64,000 nt of DNA from Octopus vulgaris. Its lineage: Eukaryota. Numbering within the stretch: the stretch's first letter is position 1; every line of letters begins with the position of its first letter. The stretch lies in assembly GCA_951406725.2 (NCBI GenBank), contig OX597825.1, positions 63,798,001-63,862,000 on the forward strand, written 5' to 3'. The position numbers and the translations under genes are program-made. The notes below the pieces were generated by a model. That model was not told the DNA's origin, ran no database searches, and saw only the letters and a program-made list of their open reading frames with translations. This document shows, one piece after another, positions 56,109 to 64,000 of this stretch.

Positions 56109-57894
56109 AACCGACGTATACATACTTATTCACACGTATATTGTGTACATACATATGAAAGACATACGTTTCTACAAATTCCAATAGAAAACTGAAGTTA
56201 CTGTGACTTACGTTATACAATATGCTGCTTTATGAACTTAAATAAACAGTGTGCACCTCAATATCTCGCTATACATGTTATTCCTCATCCAATCACACAT
56301 AATTTGCTCAAAGAAGTATATAATCACTGATATTAGTACTTTCGTCATGTATTTGTCTATTTGTCTATTGTGGGACCATACCAACAACAAACCTGGTTTC
56401 ATATATTACAAATTATCTATTACTAGACTAACCTTGGTGTTATGATTATGATCAGTGGCTGCTGGGTAATTGTGAGTTTCTATATTAAGTTGTTGGGTCT
56501 GCAAGAGAGGTTGCACGAAAGCTATGTAATTTTAACCACACATATGCCATTAATGTTTTTTTTAAAGCTATTTTAAACAGTAACCCTCGATAATGTTATG
56601 AGCAGTAAGCTGAAAGACATTGAACCCAGGTTCTGGGAGAGAATAGGTGATTATGTTGACATGTTTGTGACCAAGAGTTTTTTGCACAAATAGCGTAAGA
56701 GAAAGATCAGATTACATGCATTCGTGATGATAAAAACTTGAACCAACTCTGTAGATCAAGGCTAATTGTATTCAGAGTTGAAAGAGCAGGAAGAGATAGG
56801 CCAGAGATAGGATGGTGCCAATGAGCGATTCTATGTCGATTTGCGACTCCTGTCTAGTATTGCTACCCTGGTTATTGCTGGGCAGATAAACATATAATTT
56901 TTTAGTAGCGGTTAGAACTCTGTACTCTAGATGTAGATAAGAGTAATCTGACCTCAAGGATTCAGTGCAGATTTGCCGAGAAATGTCTAGGATGCACTCA
57001 GATATTTTAAATATGTGTTCCTCTCCGCATCACAGCAAACATGAATAAACATCCATTTTATTCTCTTTCAGACATATAACTAAGGTGACTTTGATTTAGA
57101 ATTGTACCTCATAAAAATAAAACATACTGTGAGATTGAAGCCATATATATACACATCTGTAACAATATTGCTACCTTTCATTTCTGCATAGTTGAAAAAC
57201 AAAGCATTCTCGGCCATCATTTCCATCAACATTATTTTCTCCTGTTGACAGAACTAGCTTTATTTTGATAACAACTAAAAGCAAGATGACAGTAAATACA
57301 CACATGCAAACATTAAAGAAATTGAATGTTTGTTCTCACTTTCAGGAAAACAAAACAAAAACGTATTACACTTTATCTTTAATAGCTTTTCAATATTTTG
57401 ATGTGACTGAAAATTATTGATTTTCCTGAGGTTGAAGAACGTACGTATAGCTGCATGGATGCGTGCGCCGCATGTATTTACACCCTCGCGCACGTACACA
57501 CGCACGCACACAAACATATATGTGAAGGCACAAAGGAACAGGTCCATTAGTTCTCATGTTATAGTTTTCATTTGACAGATGTTCCCACAGGTGAATTAGA
57601 ACATGAAACAATATTGTCCTTCAGTTGATCACACAGGCAGTTGCACCTTAATATTACATTTTGAGTGATAATAAAAATGAACGCTTTCGACACTTTGTTT
57701 GAGAATTTTAAGATATTCCTTTTAATAAAAAAAAGAACCGTGTATCTGATTAGAAATATTGATTTTAGGGGATGAGATCGATGGAATCAATTCGTACCTA
57801 CTTTACGGAGATATTTAAATGGAAAAGATATTTGAATTCGATATCACTTAAAGAATGAGCTCTGTTCCTTCGTAACGATATCTCAGGGTGCTCG

Positions 57895-58017
57895 GATTTA
57901 TTCTTTGTAAGCCTAGCACTTATTCTATCCTTCTCTGTTGCTGAACCGCAAATTTACAGGGATGTAAACACACCAACATCGGCTATCAAGGGATGGTGAG
58001 GAAACAAACACAGACAC

Positions 58018-58073
<56 letters not shown>

Positions 58074-58266
58074 CAAATTTGTAGAAAAACCAAAGACGAA
58101 GACAGGTGTATAAACAACAAGCAGGTGTATTAGTTTGACGCTCGGGAAAGTGAGAAAGTCTTTTACGTTTCGACCCTACGATCTTCAACAGAAAGTAATA
58201 CGAGGAAATAAACAGAGAGAGAGAAAAAACTGGTGGAGTTAGCAATCAATCATGGTGACTGATACA

Positions 58267-58315
<49 letters not shown>

Positions 58316-58440
58316 GACGTGCTTTCGTCAGTTTCCGTCTAGCAATTCCACTCACAAGGATTTGGTCGGTCTGAGACTATTTTCGAAGACAGTTTCCCAA
58401 TGTGCAAATGGTGGGATTGAACTCTGAACCATTCAGCCAC
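57895..58440 (-). mobile_element. SINE family A interrupted in its TA tract by a family H element (58075-58262)
   Basis: SINE 3' half 57895-58020 and 5' half 58313-58440 flank TA tracts enclosing the insert. Confidence 0.75.
58160..58195 (-). ncRNA. Hammerhead-like motif of family H (core variant CUGUUGA)
   Basis: cttt-CTGTTGA-a-gatc(gtag)ggtc-GAAA-cg-TA-aaag on the minus strand. Confidence 0.45.
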
Positions 58441-58751
58441 CCCTACTGATATACTGATATATTACAGGTACAAATGTTAACAAATTATAAAAGGTGGGGA
58501 AATAACCAAGACTGTACGACGTGATTGAGTATAATATTTTGTTATGAAAACGATAGTTTTATATCACAAACTGAAATGATATACCAATCAATGAGTTAGC
58601 ATTAGTGGACTACAAATTGGAATGGAAAGGAACACAGGGACACATATTGGCACAAGGAGGCATCTGTTCTCAGCATTTACTACTGCAAGCTTGATAATTA
58701 CTGCCCGACAGCGCGGAGGTATTTGTTTATGCTTTGAAATCTCCGAGGTTC

Positions 58752-58960
58752 TCTTTTATTTCTCTTTTACTTGTTTCAGTCATGTGACTGTGGCCATATT
58801 GTAGCACCGCCTTTAGTCGAGCAAATCGACCCAAGGCTTTATTCTCTTGTAAGACTAGTACTTATTCTATCGGTCTCTTTTGCCGAACCGTTAAGTTACG
58901 GGGACGTAAATATACTAGCATCGGTTGTCAAGCGATGTTGGGGCGACAAACACAGACACA

Positions 58961-59021
<61 letters not shown>

Positions 59022-59052
59022 GTATATATACATATATACGACGGCTTCTTTC
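58752..59052 (-). mobile_element. SINE family A, 3' two-thirds
   Basis: tacttgtttcagtcatgtgactgtggccat..gcaccgcctttagtcgagcaaatcgacc..ccgaaccg. Confidence 0.8.
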
Positions 59053-59071
59053 GGGTTCGTCATATATATTT

Positions 59072-59294
59072 CTTTACTACCCACAAGGGGCTAAACACAG
59101 AGGGGACAAACAAGGACAGACAAAGCGATTATGTCGATTCCATCGACCCAGTGCGTAACTGGTACTTAATTTATCGACCCCGAAAGGATGAAAGGCAAAG
59201 TCGACCTCGGCGGAATTTGAACTCAGAACGCAACGGCAGACGAAATACGGCTACGCATTTCGCCCGGCGTTCTACCGTTTCTGCCAGCTCGCCA
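59072..59294 (-). mobile_element. Full-length Meta-like SINE with 18-bp target-site duplication
   Basis: ggttcgtcatatatattt at 59054 and 59295 flanks ggcgagctggcagaaac..gagttcaaattccgccgaggtcgactttgcctttcatcctttcggggtcgataa..gtagtaaag. Confidence 0.9.
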
Positions 59295-59583
59295 GGTTCG
59301 TCATATATATTTATCTGTGTGTGTGCATGTGTGTGTGCGCACATGCGTGCAGACTAGCCAAGGATGCACGGCATACTCCAAAAACGCAAAATGATAAAAA
59401 GCAACAGACAACCCAGATTAATGAAATATATACTAAAACAGGTCAAACTCCACACGTAGATAACAACAAAAAATTAGGTAAAACCGCAAGTTTCAATCTG
59501 ACAGAGTAATCGTTTCAAACAGACATAACTCAGTCCAGTAAAACAACAAATTCACCTACGCGTCTGGAAACGCAGTCTCTGTA

Positions 59584-59970
59584 ATCGGAAGCACTCCGTC
59601 GGTTACGACGACGAGGGTTCCGGTTGATCCGATCAACGAAACAGCCTACTCGTGAAATTAACGTGTAAGTGGCTGAGCAATCCACAGACACGTGTACCCT
59701 TTACGTAGTTCTCGGGGATATTCAGCGTGACACAGAGAGTGACAAGGCCGGCCCTTTGAAATACAGGTACAACAGAAACAGGAAGTAAGAGTGAGAGAAA
59801 GTCGTGGTGAAAGAGTACAGCAGGGAGCACCACCATCCCCTGCCGGAGCCTCGTGGAGCTTTAGGTGTTTTGGCTCAATAAACACTCACAACGCCCGGTC
59901 TGGGAATCGAAACCGCGATCCTATGACCGCGAGTCCGCTACCCTAACCACTGGGCCATTGCGCCTCCACA
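59584..59970 (-). mobile_element. Full-length tRNA(Arg)-like SINE with 10-bp target-site duplication
   Basis: agtctctgta at 59574 and 59971; head tggaggcgcaatggcccagtggttagggtagcggactcgcggtcataggatcgcggtttcgattccc. Confidence 0.88.
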
Positions 59971-60664
59971 AGTCTCTGTATATAACCTGCTCAGGATGTG
60001 GAGGACATAACATTGGACAAAAAAAAAAAGTTCATTACGTGAACGAATGACAATGCATAGACATCGCAAAGTATCGAAACATGGAGACATATGACTCAAT
60101 GAACATCCTAACTTTATGATCTTTTCCTCTATAGTGAGTAATAATAAATGCCAACGCTAACGCATTTATAATGTAGCGTCATTCATTATAAAATAGCAGA
60201 TAAGTCTTAACTGGGAGAAAAAACAACCACCACCAAAGGTTTTGCAACATTTACTGGGGCCACCACTACTACTATTGCTAGGTTGCAGATGGAAAACAAC
60301 AACGCTACCACTAGCTAGATTATAATGTAAGTTAAACTATAGGGAAGCATTACTGTTACAGCTCCAACTACCACCCAACAATACTGCAGCAAGTACTAGT
60401 ATACCATCTGCTTCCTTGCACGTTTTTTAATCATTCATTTCTGTCAAGTAGCAACACTCGGAAAGACACGAATTTCAGCATCACGTGAATTTCATAAATT
60501 ATTTAAACTTTCAGGATTGATATTATAAAAGTTTGTCCTTTTTTTTTTGGTTTTTTCAGTTGTCCTTTCCGTTTTATTCTAGCTTAAGGAGGTCATCTTC
60601 AGGGACCGAAACGCGCACAAACTGTTTTCATTTTCCCATGATCACTTAATCTAAGCATTTTCAC

Positions 60665-60807
60665 AGGCGCAGGTGGCTGCGTGGTAGTGGCTTACCAACC
60701 ACATGTTTCCAGGTTCAGTCCCAATGCGTGATACCTTGAGCAAGTGTCTTCAACTATAGCCTCGGACCGAGTGGTTTTGGTACACGGAAACTAAAAGCAG
60801 CCCGTCG

Positions 60808-60838
<31 letters not shown>

Positions 60839-61040
60839 AATTTTGTGTCTGTGTTTGTCCCCCCACCATAGTTTGACAACTGATGTTGGTATATTCACGT
60901 CCCCGTAACCTAGCGGTTCGGCAAAATGAGACCAATAGTATAAGTACCAGGTTTAGAAAGAATAAGTCCTGGGGTTCATTTGCTCGGCTAAAGGCGGTGC
61001 TCCAGTATGGCCGCAGTCAAATGACTGAAGGAAATAAAAG
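60665..61040 (+). mobile_element. SINE family A
   Basis: ggcgcaggtggctgcgtggtag..ggttcagtccc..ccttgagcaagtgtctt..ggcggtgctccagtatggccgcagtcaaatgactgaa. Confidence 0.85.
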
Positions 61041-61211
61041 TATATAAGAATCTTCATATTTCTAATATATATATTTGTGTGTGTGCGTGCGCGCGTGTAT
61101 GTATGTGTGTGCGCGTGCGTGTGTACGCGTGTGTGTGTATACGTGTATGTATGTATGTATATACATATACATGTATATACATGCACATGTATGTGTATAT
61201 ATATATATACA

Positions 61212-61245
<34 letters not shown>

Positions 61246-63345
61246 ACATTTATAATAGGTATATATGAACAAACAATTCATTGAATTTTGGTGAACAATA
61301 TAAATCTCTATTTTTGTTGTAGCGATATTACATCTTCAAAATGTTTCACATCAACATTGTATTTTTTCTCACGCCATATTTATTCTCTGGTTGTGTTTGA
61401 AATATTTGAAATCTCTCTTTAGTTTTCTTCAAAACACATTCTGTTAGTAGTTGATTTTTTCCTTTCCTGTTGTGTTTATATATATTTTTTTCTTTGCTTA
61501 CATTGTTCCCAGGTTAAATATGAAACTCTTGTATACTTTGAATTTTTTTTATAATTGTAACACATGTATGTATATATGCGAATATAACTAACTCTACTTT
61601 TTTTTATATTTCCTGTAATATCAAGTTATTTATATAATTTTTTGTCCTCTGCTATTGAACATAGCATTTTTTTTACCTTAACTTGTCATTAACTCATGTT
61701 TATTTTCATGCTTGTTGTTAGTTAAAATGTATCATACAATATTTCAGTTATCAATATTATTTGTGCAGTGGGATTTTTAATGATTTAGTTTTACAGTGCG
61801 CCATTAAGATCTTATATGTCAGTATTTGCCTTATAATGTGGCTGTTTGGTCTCTTCATACAGTGTGTATTTGTTGGTCCTTTATGGAAATAACTCAGCAA
61901 TCTAAGAGGTATAGCCATTGAAATCATAAAGAACGAGAGTCGCATAAAAATAGAGCCAAAAATGTAGTGTAGATGCATATATTAAGCGTTTTTATCAATA
62001 GAGATGGAATTAAACGTGTGGCCAATTCTATGTTGATATGCTTAAGCTATATGTCCGATTAATCTTATTATCTGTATATCATGATAGACATGAAAACATT
62101 TAGCAAGGTAGGGTAACTGTAATATATTAATATTGTTTCTAAACCAAATAATAAATATCAGTACTAGTATCTGCACCTCTCAGTATACAGTAATGACATT
62201 TGCAATTGAAAATAAGTGAATTAACAAGATTAGATACGAATACTAAGAAGTATTGACAACATTTACAGCAAAATACCATTTGCAACTGCTAGTGGCAAAT
62301 GTCATAATTGTAAACGTATTAGTTATAAAGATGCTAGTGTTGATATTTATTACTATACTTTTATCATCTCATTGTTTTGCAAGTATTAATATGACATTTT
62401 AATAAAACGGCTTCATAGCGTTTCCGTCTGCCAATTATACTCGCAGAGTATAGGTTGACTTCAGGCTACTCTATCAGAGATTTGCCGAAGGCATCAATTA
62501 GTGCGATAGAACACAAGACCATGTGCTTATTAAACGAACTCTGCATCCACACGAATATAAACAATATTATGAAAATATTATGAATAATATTTTTATTGAA
62601 TTCTTTGAAAATATGTTGAATGCACGCGTCGAAGTTGACGATGCAAACAATTATGTGTTTGTTATATTCAGCTAATAACTTGAAACCTTTGACATACAGC
62701 AAGTATTTGATTGCGACACATTGTATTATATCTGCATACGATATGTTTAAACATATAGTGAGAGAATATCAACAATTCGTTTCCACGTAACGTGTTTTAC
62801 TTAGCTGCTCATTAATGAGGCGAAATTGACCAGAGATAATTTAGCCAGAATTCATGTCCAAGTAAGGAGCTTTTGCTCAAAATACATTGTATTCTTAACA
62901 TCTTTACTTATGTCATATAACTGATGTTTATACATTTATCAAGGTTTACAGCATCCTGTGGCGTCTTTAGCGTCATTATTTGAAGAGTAAATTTTCTACT
63001 TTGTAATATGATTGTGATATTTCTATATTAGAAAGACAAATTACTGCTGTAGTTCTTAATGATTGATATTTATGTAAAACCAACAGTGTTGCATTTCTTT
63101 ATATTTAACCTAAAAAACCACATTGATTTTAATATGTTTAACGAATAATTTGTATAAATTACTCCTCAGTAAACCTTGTTTGAAAAAAGCCATTATCCTT
63201 GACCAATCTGTCTATCACCTATTGTCATTCATAAGATACTAATTTTGGATAATTTCTTTTTCAAAACATTTGTGCTTGAGACCAATAATTTATATTAGAA
63301 CACTAAAGTACGGTCTGAGGATGAATTGGTTCTCTTTTCTTGCAG

Positions 63346-63442
63346 GTCCTTTTCTTGCGATCACATGCAAATCCTATTACTGATTACCGTACCTTTTTCG
63401 TCCCTAAATATGTCATTAAGATTTTCCCCCCGGTCTTTACCC
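63346..63442 (+). other. Candidate 97-nt internal exon
   Basis: Acceptor ttctcttttcttgcag|G and donor CCC|gtaagt; two frames open (VLFLRSHANPITDYRTFFVPKYVIKIFPPVFT; SFSCDHMQILLLITVPFSSLNMSLRFSPRSLP). No homology recognised. Confidence 0.3.
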
Positions 63443-64000
63443 GTAAGTATCTAAACATCTATGATACAACTTCATAGGAAGCAGTTATTTTACCTGGAAA
63501 TTTGGCATTTTCTTTTTACAAGAGCTTTCCACTTGTTTAGACTTTGCTATATCTGCATTAATTCTTCAATTGTTATTTCCCCCATAAATATTCTACTTTT
63601 GTGTCCGTTACATTTAGCATTAATGACAGGGGGCGATCTATCCATTGTACACACTCCAACATAAAGGCTTGCTACTCTGGGCGATGTTTTGATGGCTATT
63701 TTGTTTTTAAGCTATTCTTGTTGTTCATTGCAAAATCATTTTCGGCTGAATATCAAATATTAAAAAAAATAAATAAATGAAAAAAACAACGTTTTCTATA
63801 GCAACGAATTCTGTGATATAGTGCAGATCGTATATGGTGGATTGTCCTTCATATTGTTTTACGTTTTCTGATGCATTCCTTTCTCTGTTATTTGATATTT
63901 CTTTAATATTTCCCGCTGTTTGTTTTTAACATTGGGTTTCCCTGGCTTTGTTGATGTTATTAAGAAGCGCAAGTCTTTCATTGTGTTTTTACGTTAGTTT

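Noticed and set aside
56580-57000. Possible LINE endonuclease remnant on the minus strand
   Set aside because: No motif could be read convincingly.
59895-59970. tRNA-Arg gene
   Set aside because: Head of a TSD-flanked SINE; no complete acceptor stem or poly-T terminator.

Overview
AT-rich eukaryotic non-coding DNA saturated with microsatellites ((TA)n, (CA)n, (AAT)n, (GATA)n). The SINE/LINE repertoire is most consistent with an Octopus/coleoid cephalopod genome (inference). No host protein-coding gene, rRNA, tRNA or CRISPR array can be supported; almost all ORFs in the track are microsatellite translations. Recognisable content: about 20 tRNA-derived SINEs of 3-4 families, decayed LINEs (RTE, R4/Dong, CR1), Tc1/mariner remnants, a Helentron-type (HINE-like) element and several Penelope-like (PLE) remnants. 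The two most notable signals are (1) minimal type-I hammerhead-ribozyme motifs, one with a fully intact core inside a ~99% identical 161-bp inverted repeat, carried by short elements mostly in or beside (TA)n tracts, and (2) three independent 110-230 bp copies of local sequence from 2.7-3.6 kb away, each abutting a (TA)n tract. Coordinates were read by eye and may be off by a few bases; no database searches were run.
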